Positions 27,755 through 37,302 of a stretch of 64,000 nucleotides of DNA are shown here, one piece after another. The notes below the pieces were generated by a model, which was given only the letters and a program-made list of their open reading frames with translations, was not told the DNA's origin and did not search any database. Source of the DNA: Balneolales bacterium (lineage in GTDB: Bacteria > Bacteroidota > Rhodothermia > Balneolales > DATFMH01); contig DATFMH010000147.1 in assembly GCA_035267045.1 (NCBI GenBank), forward strand, positions 5,798 through 69,797, given 5' to 3'. The first letter of the stretch is position 1; each line of letters opens with the position of its first letter. A program made the translations under genes and the position numbers.

Positions 27755-28738
27755 ATGCGCTTCGCAGATTACGCCAAAATTTATATAAAAGCCGGAGACG
27801 GCGGACCCGGATCCGTTCATTTCAGAAGAGAAAAATTTGTGCCTAAAGGTGGCCCTGACGGAGGGGATGGCGGAAAGGGCGGAGATATTATTCTCCGTGG
27901 TAATGCTCAGATGGGCACGTTACTTGACTTGCGGTATAAAAAATTTATAAAAGCTACTAAAGGTGAAGGCGGTGCCGGATCTCAAAAAACCGGAAAGGAC
28001 GCCGAGCCAATAATATTAGATGTACCGCTTGGTTCTGTAGCCTATGAAGAAGAGACGCGAAAAATTCTTGGTGAAATCACCGAAGACAATCAAAAGCTTG
28101 TTATAGCAAGAGGTGGTAAAGGTGGTTTGGGTAATGCACATTTTAAAAGTGCCACGAATCAGACCCCTCGTTATGCTCAGCCTGGAGAAGAAGGTGAAGA
28201 AAAAGTCGTTGAAATTGAATTGAAATTAATAGCTGACGTAGGGCTTGTCGGATTTCCCAATGCCGGTAAAAGTACGTTATTGTCGGCTTTGTCAGCGGCT
28301 AAACCGAAGATAGCAGATTATCCTTTTACAACTCTTGAACCTAACCTCGGCGTGGTAACAATGCCTGATTATCGTAGTTTTGTAATGGCGGATATACCGG
28401 GTATAATCGAAGAGGCACACGAAGGTAAGGGTTTGGGAATCAGATTCTTGCGACATATCGAACGGAATATAGTGTTACTGTTCGTTATAAGTGCCGATAG
28501 TGAAATTGAATATGAATATAAGGCGCTCTGTAATGAATTGGAGGCATATAGAAAGGACCTGCTTCAAAAACCCCGTATTGTCGCCATTTCCAAAATGGAT
28601 TTAAAAGAAGGATATAAGTTGGATGAAGAAATAGATCTGGGTGTGCCGTATATCACTATTTCATCAGCTACGGGACATAACCTGGATAAGCTCAAAGAGA
28701 TGATTTGGGAGGAATTAGAGAAACAGAAGAATGAATGA
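27755..28738 (+). CDS. obg: GTPase Obg/CgtA
   Basis: 327 aa. It has the Obg fold with a glycine-rich N-terminus (GGPDGGDGGKGGDI), G1 GFPNAGKST, G3 DIPG and G4 SKMD. Confidence 0.95.
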   Translation: MRFADYAKIYIKAGDGGPGSVHFRREKFVPKGGPDGGDGGKGGDIILRGNAQMGTLLDLRYKKFIKATKGEGGAGSQKTGKDAEPIILDVPLGSVAYEEETRKILGEITEDNQKLVIARGGKGGLGNAHFKSATNQTPRYAQPGEEGEEKVVEIELKLIADVGLVGFPNAGKSTLLSALSAAKPKIADYPFTTLEPNLGVVTMPDYRSFVMADIPGIIEEAHEGKGLGIRFLRHIERNIVLLFVISADSEIEYEYKALCNELEAYRKDLLQKPRIVAISKMDLKEGYKLDEEIDLGVPYITISSATGHNLDKLKEMIWEELEKQKNE

Positions 28739-29846
28739 TGAAATACGTACGATCATTGCTCTGAGCACCGTCAATAAAGTTGGTGCTCAAAGAATCAGGT
28801 TATTGCTTCAGCAAGTTGATAAACCATATGAAGTGTTTAAACTGGGGAAAAATGATCTGTGCCGTATTCCGGGCATCGGCCCTCAGGTAGCTTCATATAT
28901 TCGTAAATTTAATGACTGGAAAAACATAGATAAGATACTTGAGAAAACGCGTAAGCTGGGTGCCCGGATAATTACATATCGCTCGGTAGATTACCCTGAC
29001 AGATTACGGGAAGTTTTCGATGCTCCTTTGGTGTTATGGGTTAAAGGAAGTACAGATGTTTTAAATACAGAAAGTATTGCGGTAGTCGGTACCCGAAATC
29101 CTACACAATACGGAAGGCAAATGGCTCAATTTCTTACCAAACGATTAGTTGAGCAAAAGTTGACGATCGTAAGCGGTTTGGCTTATGGGATCGATACAGA
29201 AGCACATAAAACATGTGTGAATGATGGCGGCCGGACGATTGCGGTGCTTGGATCAGGATTGGATGTCATTTATCCCAGTGTCAACCGTGGCCTGGTAAAA
29301 GAGATTATTAATACAGGTGGAGCCGTGATAAGTGAATTTCCACCAGGCACACAACCCGATGCCGGTAATTTCCCGGTCCGAAACAGAATTGTAAGTGGAT
29401 TAAGTCTTGGAACAGTGGTCATAGAATCAGGTAAAGAGGGCGGGAGCATAATCACAGCTAAACTGGCCTTAGACCAGAACAGGGAAGTGTTTGCAGTTCC
29501 TCATAATAATACTAACTTAAACGGACTTGGCGGAAATTTTCTTATAAAAAAAGGAATGGCCAAGCTTGTTCAGGACGTGGATGATATTGTTGAAGAATTA
29601 CCGGTCGATTTTGATAATTCCATACCGGAAATAATTGAAAAACCGGCTCAAAGAAAATGGGCTACACTTGAATTAAATGATCATCAACAGTCGTTATGTA
29701 AATTTTTAGAAACAGGTGAAAAGCATATCGATGAATTAAGCGATAAATTTCAAGTATCGACTCAAAATTTATTAGTTGATTTACTCGAATTGGAAATGAA
29801 TGGTTGTGTCGAACAGATGGCTGGAAAAAAATTCCGTTTATTGTAG
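28731..29846 (+). CDS. dprA: DNA-processing protein DprA
   Basis: 371 aa and overlaps the obg stop by 8 nt. It has the Rossmann-like core VVGTRNPTQYG...SGLAYGIDTEAH...FPVRNRI and a C-terminal winged-helix DML1-like region. Confidence 0.9.
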   Translation: MNDEIRTIIALSTVNKVGAQRIRLLLQQVDKPYEVFKLGKNDLCRIPGIGPQVASYIRKFNDWKNIDKILEKTRKLGARIITYRSVDYPDRLREVFDAPLVLWVKGSTDVLNTESIAVVGTRNPTQYGRQMAQFLTKRLVEQKLTIVSGLAYGIDTEAHKTCVNDGGRTIAVLGSGLDVIYPSVNRGLVKEIINTGGAVISEFPPGTQPDAGNFPVRNRIVSGLSLGTVVIESGKEGGSIITAKLALDQNREVFAVPHNNTNLNGLGGNFLIKKGMAKLVQDVDDIVEELPVDFDNSIPEIIEKPAQRKWATLELNDHQQSLCKFLETGEKHIDELSDKFQVSTQNLLVDLLELEMNGCVEQMAGKKFRLL

Positions 29847-30034
29847 ATAGAATAATTATTTATTTCTCGTTACACAATAAATAGTTAATGTTACCATAAC
29901 TATTTTAAAGTCATGGTATTTACTCATGCAGATTATATCAAAATATATACATCATGTTCAATTTAGAAATGATAAAAGTATGCTTTTTCCTTAATTTCTA
30001 ATAATAGAAGAAAGTTATTAATCAATTTTTTTGA

Positions 30035-30619
30035 ATGTTTCAGGTTAAAGACGTCATACTCTCTGACGATATCACAAACGTAAAGTTTGCTTGTGATTTA
30101 AATCGTTGTAAAGGCGCCTGCTGTATAGTAGGAGATGCCGGTGCTCCTGTTAAACAAGAAGAAATTCCCGTTTTGAAAAAAGCTTTCAGGGATTTGAAGG
30201 GCGATCTAAGGGAACGTGCTGTCGAAGTTGTGGAAGAAGAGGGATTAATCAAGTACCCTGAAAACGATGATCCGGAGATTAATTGTACGGATGGAGAAGA
30301 ATGTGTTTTTGTTGTCTATGATGATAACGGTATCGCTAATTGCGCTATTCACAAGGCGTATCGCGAAGGACGATTTCCGTGGATGAAACCTATTAGTTGT
30401 CATTTATTTCCATTAAGGATAAAGAATATCGGTGGCCGTGATTACGTTAACTACGAATACATACCAACATTATGCTCTGCTGCCTGTGAACGGGGTGACC
30501 GGGAAGGAATATATTTATCAAATTTTGTTAAAGATGCACTTGTGAGACAATACGGTGAAATATGGTATGATGAATTCGTGAAAACATGTGAAGACATAAG
30601 AGAGAAAATGGAGGCGTGA
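30035..30619 (+). CDS. DUF3109 family Cys-rich protein
   Basis: 194 aa. It has the characteristic CDLNRCKGACC start plus further conserved Cys (CAIH, SCHLFP, CSAAC), as in DUF3109 proteins of Bacteroidota. Confidence 0.7.
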   Translation: MFQVKDVILSDDITNVKFACDLNRCKGACCIVGDAGAPVKQEEIPVLKKAFRDLKGDLRERAVEVVEEEGLIKYPENDDPEINCTDGEECVFVVYDDNGIANCAIHKAYREGRFPWMKPISCHLFPLRIKNIGGRDYVNYEYIPTLCSAACERGDREGIYLSNFVKDALVRQYGEIWYDEFVKTCEDIREKMEA

Positions 30620-30621
30620 AT

Positions 30622-32118
30622 ATGCTTTCATCAGGTCAATATTTACAACAAAAACAGTCTCTTCAGCAACGTTTATCGCCTCAGCAGATTCAGTACATCA
30701 AGTTGCTTCAGCTTCCTACATTGGCACTTGAACAAAGAATCAAAGAGGAGATGGAAACGAATCCATTACTGGAAGAGGCAGATGGTTCGACAGACGATTA
30801 TCAAGAGGATAATGAAACTGATACGGATACTTCAGATGATGAAGTAGAACCCGTTGATGAGAATGAAGAGATCGATTGGGACGAATACTTGCATGGTGAT
30901 GAACGGGAGTCGTACAAGACGAGTAATTATAATCCCGATGAAGACTGGCGAGATCTTCCCAATCCGTATCATGAGACGTTGCTTGAAGAACTGGAAAGCC
31001 AAATTAATCTGCTTAAACTGAGTGAAAAGGAAAGTTTAATTGCAGATCAAATACTTGGGTCTATTGACTCAGACGGTTATTTTCGCAGGGATATCAACTC
31101 ATTAATCGACAGCCTGGCTTTTAATCATCAGATAACCGTTTCTGAACAGGAAGTATTGAATGTACTCAGTCAAATACAGCGCCTGGATCCTCCTGGTATC
31201 GCTGCCCGTGATTTGCGTGAGTGCTTGATGGTACAGCTGGAATTACTTCCTGAAGAAACGAAAGGGAAAAAGGTTGCTTATCGAATGCTTGATCAGGAGT
31301 GGGATTCTTTTGAGAAAAAGCATTTCGATAAAATAAAAAAACATCTCAATGTTTCTGATGATGAAATGAAGGAAGCATATGAATGTATTCAATCACTCGA
31401 TCCAAAACCGGGAAGTGGTGATGACGAACTATCTGAATCAAGAAATTATATCGTACCGGATTTTGAAGTCTATTATGAACCAATGATAGACGAACACGGG
31501 AATCAAACGGATGAAGGCGATTTTATAATTTCATTAAATAACCGCAATGTACCCAATTTGCGTATTTCTCCACATTATAAAGAGATGTGGGACGATATGA
31601 AGAAGAAAAAAAGTTCTGAGGCCCGTGAAACGCGTTCATTTATTAAGGGTAAAATGGAGTCTGCTCAATGGTTTATTGAATCCATCATACAACGGCAACA
31701 AACACTTATGAACGTGATGAAGACGATAGTGGCTTTGCAGGAGGATTTTTTCAAATACGGACGGGGTTTAAAACCCATGATACTCAAAGATGTCGCCGAA
31801 CGCATTAAAATGGATATATCTACAATATCCCGCGTTGTAAATGGTAAATATGTCCAGACTAACTTTGGCACATTTGAACTTAAATACTTTTTTAATGAAG
31901 GAGTTGAAACGGAAAGCGGGGAAGAGGTATCAAACAGGGCTGTTAAGAATCTGTTATTGGGAATTATTGAAAATGAAAACAAAGCAAAACCATTAAGTGA
32001 TCAGGCGCTGACGGAAGAATTGAAGAAAAGGGGGTATAAAATTGCCAGAAGGACTGTGAGTAAGTATAGAGAGCAACTAAATATACCGGTGGCACGTCTG
32101 AGAAAGCAGGTTATTTAA
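30622..32118 (+). CDS. rpoN: RNA polymerase sigma-54 factor
   Basis: The track gives GTG 30616. ATG 30622 gives MLSSGQYLQQKQSLQQRLSPQQIQYIKLLQLP, the Gln/Leu-rich region I. An acidic region II, the core-binding region, an HTH and the RpoN box ARRTVSKYRE follow. Confidence 0.9.
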   Translation: MLSSGQYLQQKQSLQQRLSPQQIQYIKLLQLPTLALEQRIKEEMETNPLLEEADGSTDDYQEDNETDTDTSDDEVEPVDENEEIDWDEYLHGDERESYKTSNYNPDEDWRDLPNPYHETLLEELESQINLLKLSEKESLIADQILGSIDSDGYFRRDINSLIDSLAFNHQITVSEQEVLNVLSQIQRLDPPGIAARDLRECLMVQLELLPEETKGKKVAYRMLDQEWDSFEKKHFDKIKKHLNVSDDEMKEAYECIQSLDPKPGSGDDELSESRNYIVPDFEVYYEPMIDEHGNQTDEGDFIISLNNRNVPNLRISPHYKEMWDDMKKKKSSEARETRSFIKGKMESAQWFIESIIQRQQTLMNVMKTIVALQEDFFKYGRGLKPMILKDVAERIKMDISTISRVVNGKYVQTNFGTFELKYFFNEGVETESGEEVSNRAVKNLLLGIIENENKAKPLSDQALTEELKKRGYKIARRTVSKYREQLNIPVARLRKQVI

Positions 32119-32190
32119 TAAGATTTTTTGATTTCTTAAATTACGATGTAAGGCAATACGCTATATTCATTATCCAACAACTGAAAGCCA

Positions 32191-33699
32191 TTAAGACAGC
32201 GATAACGCCAACATGCACACCTGAATAAAATGTGTTCCTATCAAAATCCATACCATCATGCCTATCAAAGTGATAGTATAAGGCAATGTTGTATAAAGGT
32301 GCTGTAAATACGGCTTATCCGTTAATTTAATAGTATCAAAAACGGTAGTATAAAAGCTTAGCAGGATATTCAGGATAAAAACTAAACTAAAAAAGTATAT
32401 TGGGATGGCCGGGCTATGGGACATAATCAGTGTTATTATGATGCTTAAATTTATGACATTGATATGTTGTGTCCATGCTTGCAGGGTAACAGCCTGTGAA
32501 TAATAATTAATACCATATATGCCAAAATATAACCAGGTAATGCATATCAGGTTATAAATTAATACAGAGGCGAACCCGATAAAAAGAAGACTTATCCTGT
32601 GGCCGGCCAGAAAACCGAGAAAAGGATAGTGATTAACAAGGGCTTCGTAACCAAGTTGGGAAAAACTATATTGTGCGATGGCATAAAAGAACATGCCACC
32701 GATCAATGATTGTACTAATAATACGATAAGTCCCGATGTTGACAGCCTTGTATGTCGTTCAATGACATCATTTACAAAGAAATTATGGTTATAAAAAAAG
32801 CGTTGAATTGATTTTCGATAAGTAGGTTCAAAAGCGTAATGAACAGCTGTTATACACCATACCAATAACAGCAGAATTACTAACCAGTTGGATGCGGGAG
32901 CTGTCTTTGAGAGAACTTTTGTACTAAAGAGGCTATTAGGATTATGGGAAAGCGCGGCAATATAATCAAAGATCTGTATATGCCGTTCATATAAAGAGAA
33001 TAGCCAATCTGAACTGAAAAAAAGTGTAGGATTATGATATTCCTGAGCTTTTTTAAACAACCTTTCCAGGTTACGGACATTAAAATTTTTACCATTACTC
33101 TCAGTCACATAAATGTTGGTTGCAGAAATATTTTGAATGAGAGTATCTGATAATCCGTTATTTAGTCTCAGTATTTTAAAATCCAGTATTTGATCGACAT
33201 CCGTTTTTATATCCCTGTTTGATAGATAAAAAAAAGGATGGGTTGTGTTTTTGCGCAGTCTGGATATTAGTGGTTGTATGAGTGTTACAAAGTACGGCGA
33301 TTGTATTTGTCCATACTCGAACAGCCCGTAAGCATCTACCGTACTGTACTGATCATAATATTTAATATAATTCTGACAACGCTCGAAGATTTGTTTAAAA
33401 TGATTCTGCAGGTCAGATGTTGTTAGAAAACGATTGGGAATGGATACATATATGTGGAATGGATAATTATTTAATATATCCATTACTGCAGGACGTACTT
33501 CTTTGTTTATTACCAGATAATCGACACCGGATTTTTGGAATAGGTCCAGCTCATCATGAACTTCGGTAAGATCATTAGGTGGTCTCCACACAATACCAAC
33601 TGGATTTTTTGCATAGCTTTTCCGGGCAGAAAAAATGAAAAAGAAACCAGCAAGGATTATAAAAAAGAGTTTCAGATATTTAATTCTATCTAATTGCAA
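32191..33699 (-). CDS. Hypothetical membrane protein: signal-anchored extracytoplasmic domain plus polytopic C-terminal domain
   Basis: 502 aa. It has one N-terminal TM/signal, about 250 aa of soluble domain, then six or more hydrophobic helices. No motif was recognised. Confidence 0.55.
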   Translation of the reverse strand: MQLDRIKYLKLFFIILAGFFFIFSARKSYAKNPVGIVWRPPNDLTEVHDELDLFQKSGVDYLVINKEVRPAVMDILNNYPFHIYVSIPNRFLTTSDLQNHFKQIFERCQNYIKYYDQYSTVDAYGLFEYGQIQSPYFVTLIQPLISRLRKNTTHPFFYLSNRDIKTDVDQILDFKILRLNNGLSDTLIQNISATNIYVTESNGKNFNVRNLERLFKKAQEYHNPTLFFSSDWLFSLYERHIQIFDYIAALSHNPNSLFSTKVLSKTAPASNWLVILLLLVWCITAVHYAFEPTYRKSIQRFFYNHNFFVNDVIERHTRLSTSGLIVLLVQSLIGGMFFYAIAQYSFSQLGYEALVNHYPFLGFLAGHRISLLFIGFASVLIYNLICITWLYFGIYGINYYSQAVTLQAWTQHINVINLSIIITLIMSHSPAIPIYFFSLVFILNILLSFYTTVFDTIKLTDKPYLQHLYTTLPYTITLIGMMVWILIGTHFIQVCMLALSLS

Positions 33700-33766
33700 A
33701 TGTGATAGATTAATAGAACCGTTTTTGGTACATGATATTTATGAAGCAAAGTGATAACAATCAAAA

Positions 33767-34240
33767 TTAATCAATGTCATCCTTTGTAATTGGTATCTCA
33801 CGTGTCTCTTTAAATGATGATAAAACAACGTTTGAACGTGTTTTTTTGACTCCATCCCATGATTGTATTTTAGATAAGAGCCGTTCCAGCGATACCGTGT
33901 TTTTTGTCCTGATTTTAAGGATGTGAGACCCGTCACCCGTTATTGAATGACACTCCAATATCTCTGATTCGTCCGTACTGTTATTAACAAATTTTTTGTA
34001 GTTGGCCGAACCATCGACTTCTACAAAAATAAATGCTGTAATATCATAATGAAACTGTTTAGCATTTATAATAGCATGGTAACCTTCAATAAGGCTTCGT
34101 TCTTCGAGCTTGCGCATACGCTCGGACACAGAAGGTACGGATAAGTGGACGATTTCTGCAATTTTGTTACGTTGTGCCCTTCCGTCTTTCTGTAAATGAT
34201 TTAAGATAGAGATGTCAATATCGTCTAAATGATGACTCAT
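33767..34240 (-). CDS. Lrp/AsnC-family transcriptional regulator
   Basis: 157 aa. It has an N-terminal HTH (LDDIDISILNHLQKDGRAQRNKIAEIVHLSVPSVSERMRKLE) and a C-terminal RAM/AsnC ligand domain. Confidence 0.85.
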   Translation of the reverse strand: MSHHLDDIDISILNHLQKDGRAQRNKIAEIVHLSVPSVSERMRKLEERSLIEGYHAIINAKQFHYDITAFIFVEVDGSANYKKFVNNSTDESEILECHSITGDGSHILKIRTKNTVSLERLLSKIQSWDGVKKTRSNVVLSSFKETREIPITKDDID

Positions 34241-34455
34241 ATATAATAATTGTTAAATAGAGACTGTTAAATTATAAAATTATTTTCAATTATAGCCTAA
34301 TCAATTTAGGTTATCAAGCTAATAAACGTTTTTAGATGAAATATTATTAGCAATTATTCCTAAAATCAAAAAAAGATTACCTACCTTGATTATTCTCTCA
34401 TATCTTTGAGCGAATGAAATTTTGAAATACATATTTATATAATTCACGAAAAATT

Positions 34456-35727
34456 ATGCTTGATATTACATTTATTAAGGAGAACTCCCAAAAAGTTAAG
34501 GATGGCATGCTTGCCAAGGGAGAAAAAGATACGCAACTCGTTGACAATGTTATCGAAATTGACGAACGATGGCGGGCGGCTGTCCAAAAAGTGGATTCTC
34601 TGCGAAACGAGAGTAATACACAGTCAAAGAAAATCGGCCGGTTGATGGGGCAGGGTAAAAAAGAAGAAGCCCAGGCCATAATCAAGCATACCGGTCGATT
34701 GAAAGAGCAAATAAAAGAGCTTGAAGAAGAAGAACGTGAATTAGCCGGAGAAAGAAATGATCTCTTACTTCGAATTCCGAATGTACCTCATGAAAGTGTA
34801 CCCATTGGTACTTCGGAAGATGAAAATGTTGTTCATGATTCCTGGGGTAAACCTTCTGAAGAAGAATGGAAGCTGCCGCATTGGGAATTAACAGAAAAAA
34901 AAGGATGGATCGATTTTAAAAGAGGAGTAAAAGTAACCGGTGCGGGATTCCCGTTTTATGTGGGTGCAGGAGCCAGGTTACAAAGAGCACTAATTAACTT
35001 TTTCCTGGATCAGGCAGCAGAGAAAAATTATAAGGAGCTTCAGGCTCCCTATTTCGTAAATGAAGATTCAGCTCGTGGAACCGGACAGATACCGGATAAA
35101 GAAGATATGATGTATACCGTTCCTCGTGATGAGTTTTTCCTAATACCGACTGCTGAAGTACCGGTAACTAATTTTCATCGGGATGAGATTCTTACTGAAG
35201 AGGCTTTACCTGTTAAATACGCTGCCTATACGCCATGCTGGAGAAGAGAGGCGGGTTCCTATGGTAAAGATGTGCGTGGACTGAATCGTCTGCATCAATT
35301 CGATAAAGTGGAATTGGTAAAAATTGTTCACCCGGATGAATCTTATGATGAACTGGAAGCGTTAAGGCAGGACGCCGAGGACTTGTTACAGGCACTTGAC
35401 CTTCCTTACCGGGTTCTGTTAATGTGTACGGCCGATATGGGCTTTACACAAGCTAAAAAATATGATCTCGAAGTTTGGAGCCCCGGACAAAAACGATGGC
35501 TGGAAGTTAGTTCCTGTTCCAATTTCGAAGCGTTCCAGGCACGTCGCATGATGTTGCGATATAAGAATAGCGAGGGTAAAATAAACCCTGTGCATACCTT
35601 AAATGGATCCGGTCTTGCTTTACCACGGGTTGTTGCCGCTATTCTGGAGACCTATCAGGATCAGCAGGGTAATGTCAAAGTCCCTGAAGTATTGAAACCA
35701 TACCTTAAAACAGAATATTTAACGTGA
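34456..35727 (+). CDS. serS: Seryl-tRNA synthetase
   Basis: 423 aa. It has the N-terminal tRNA-binding coiled coil, the class II motifs (FLIPTAEVP, TPCWRREAGSYG, F.KVE) and GSGLALPR near the C-terminus. Confidence 0.95.
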   Translation: MLDITFIKENSQKVKDGMLAKGEKDTQLVDNVIEIDERWRAAVQKVDSLRNESNTQSKKIGRLMGQGKKEEAQAIIKHTGRLKEQIKELEEEERELAGERNDLLLRIPNVPHESVPIGTSEDENVVHDSWGKPSEEEWKLPHWELTEKKGWIDFKRGVKVTGAGFPFYVGAGARLQRALINFFLDQAAEKNYKELQAPYFVNEDSARGTGQIPDKEDMMYTVPRDEFFLIPTAEVPVTNFHRDEILTEEALPVKYAAYTPCWRREAGSYGKDVRGLNRLHQFDKVELVKIVHPDESYDELEALRQDAEDLLQALDLPYRVLLMCTADMGFTQAKKYDLEVWSPGQKRWLEVSSCSNFEAFQARRMMLRYKNSEGKINPVHTLNGSGLALPRVVAAILETYQDQQGNVKVPEVLKPYLKTEYLT

Positions 35728-35943
35728 GTTTAAATTAATGGGGAAGTTGTTCATTGTTGACAGTGGAATGACTGAGAACGGAATTGGAATGCAAAGCCAT
35801 ATATATTTTATGAAGCGTAATGACCATCCACAATAGATATGCATGCTACTTCCCTCTGGAAACAGGTTGTAAAAAAAAATACCGGGTAATTGGGCTGATA
35901 ACTTTTACCGTATCAACTCTAACATTCAGGCTCTGTGCGATTA

Positions 35944-36777
35944 TTATAATTTTAAACGCCAGCCTAAAGCCAGGCTAAAATCGGGCGTTGATTCGGTTAA
36001 GCCAAATGATAAACTGAGATTAATACTTGATGAAGTATTGATGTAATAATTAAGCCCGGCTCCCAAATAAAGGGGGGGATCGACGCCGGATATAATTTGC
36101 GAATATCCTGATACGGACGCCAGTAAGCCGACTTTACCGGTACCGAGTGATTGTCCTAATGCAATGCTGTATGCTACAGCATCCTTCAGTTTAAGATCGG
36201 GTGGATCACCGAAAACCCAGTAATCGAAATTGGTAAAGATAAAACTATTACTAAATCGCTTTGAAATAGAAAAACCTGCGGCATAATCCCATTCACCGGT
36301 TCCATATCCCTTTGAATAACTTGCAAAAGGTGGTTTGAAAGATGCAGCCAAATGTATGGCCGGTAAAGCGGCCTTACCTTCAACTATAGCATAACTGATA
36401 CGTGCTATTGGATCTCCAACACCAATTTCGTCTGTTTGTGAAGAAGTATAAGGTATAGTCACTCTGTTTTTCCCTCTTCTTCTTTGAATGATATCGCCAC
36501 CCTGATTACCACCCGATGGCATCATAACACCACCCGTATACGAGATCAAAGGAGTGGTTTGATAGATCAAAGGGAAATTAGCCGTTATTTGAAAACGGTT
36601 ACCGGATATACTTAAACCATTAAACAGGTAATAACTGTTTGTTCTGTCTGTGAATATATAGTTACCCGTTGAGAATTGTACAGAACCGGTGTAAGCTACT
36701 TCCTGTGCTATAACAGTTGAAAAGGCGGTAACGGCAAGAAAAATTGCCGTTACGGCCATGCATAGTTTATGAACCAT
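35944..36777 (-). CDS. Putative small outer-membrane beta-barrel protein
   Basis: 277 aa with a signal peptide (MAVTAIFLAVTAFSTVIAQ). It shows alternating hydrophobic/polar beta-strand periodicity with many G/Y/S/F residues. It starts 33 nt downstream of the Met/Gln-rich gene. No specific family could be assigned by eye. Confidence 0.55.
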   Translation of the reverse strand: MVHKLCMAVTAIFLAVTAFSTVIAQEVAYTGSVQFSTGNYIFTDRTNSYYLFNGLSISGNRFQITANFPLIYQTTPLISYTGGVMMPSGGNQGGDIIQRRRGKNRVTIPYTSSQTDEIGVGDPIARISYAIVEGKAALPAIHLAASFKPPFASYSKGYGTGEWDYAAGFSISKRFSNSFIFTNFDYWVFGDPPDLKLKDAVAYSIALGQSLGTGKVGLLASVSGYSQIISGVDPPLYLGAGLNYYINTSSSINLSLSFGLTESTPDFSLALGWRLKL

Positions 36778-36810
36778 TTTATTCTACATAATGGAGGTAT
36801 ATGAAACAGT

Positions 36811-37302
36811 TTAATTGCTTTGATGCTGATGGAGCCGGTCTCTTATTTGTTCCATAATCTTCAGTGACTCATCCATCTGTTGACTCATATTATTCATATG
36901 CTCACGGATTCGATCCATGTCGCGCTGCATATCACGATCCTGTGTCATATTCCTGTTTTGCAGCATGTTATGTAGTCGCTCCATAGTTGTCTGCATATTT
37001 TCAGCCATTGCGCCCATGGATTCGCCCATTCTTTGCATCATACGATATTGCTGTGCCATTTGGGACTGATTTTTATTCTGCATCTGCTGCATATTCTGAT
37101 GCATATTCTGAGCTAACTGATTTGCACGGTCTCTCGTCTGTTGCATATGCTGCATCATTTGCTGCATCTGTTGCATATGCTGCTGCATCATTTGTTGTTG
37201 TTGTTGCTGCTGCCCGTTCTGCTGGGCTTTAAGGTTAGGGGGTGACAAGATTAATAAACACATACCAAGTGCATAAGGCATTAATGTCTTGATGAAACGC
37301 AT
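36811..37302 (-). CDS. Secreted methionine/glutamine/histidine-rich low-complexity protein
   Basis: 163 aa. A GGAGG Shine-Dalgarno sequence lies 5 nt upstream of the ATG. A signal peptide ending NLKAQ is followed by a Cys-free helical-looking body with recurrent MxxM, HMxxM and MxxH spacing. The coding DNA carries a near-duplicated roughly 30-bp unit (37141-37200). Confidence 0.7.
   Translation of the reverse strand: MRFIKTLMPYALGMCLLILSPPNLKAQQNGQQQQQQQMMQQHMQQMQQMMQHMQQTRDRANQLAQNMHQNMQQMQNKNQSQMAQQYRMMQRMGESMGAMAENMQTTMERLHNMLQNRNMTQDRDMQRDMDRIREHMNNMSQQMDESLKIMEQIRDRLHQHQSN

Noticed and set aside
35714-35728. A 15-nt identity (AATATTTAACGTGAG) links the serS stop region and the left repeat arm at 60580-60594. 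This could hint at a dispersed element.
   Set aside because: A single 15-mer identity between two sites in 64 kb of AT-rich DNA is within chance expectation by my rough estimate. At serS it is simply the last codons plus the stop. It is not counted as a further repeat copy.
35826-35836. A DnaA-box-like CATCCACAA lies in the serS/OMP spacer, with another near-match TGTGGATAC at 63956-63964.
   Set aside because: These are single imperfect boxes, one of them inside coding sequence. There is no cluster, no adjacent AT-rich unwinding element and no dnaA/dnaN context. This is not an origin.
36987-37232. An 81-aa ORF lies opposite the Met/Gln-rich gene and is A/S/V/Y-rich.
   Set aside because: It is the complement of CAG/CAT/CTG repeats. 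The minus-strand gene has a Shine-Dalgarno sequence, a signal peptide and operon context, and this ORF has none.
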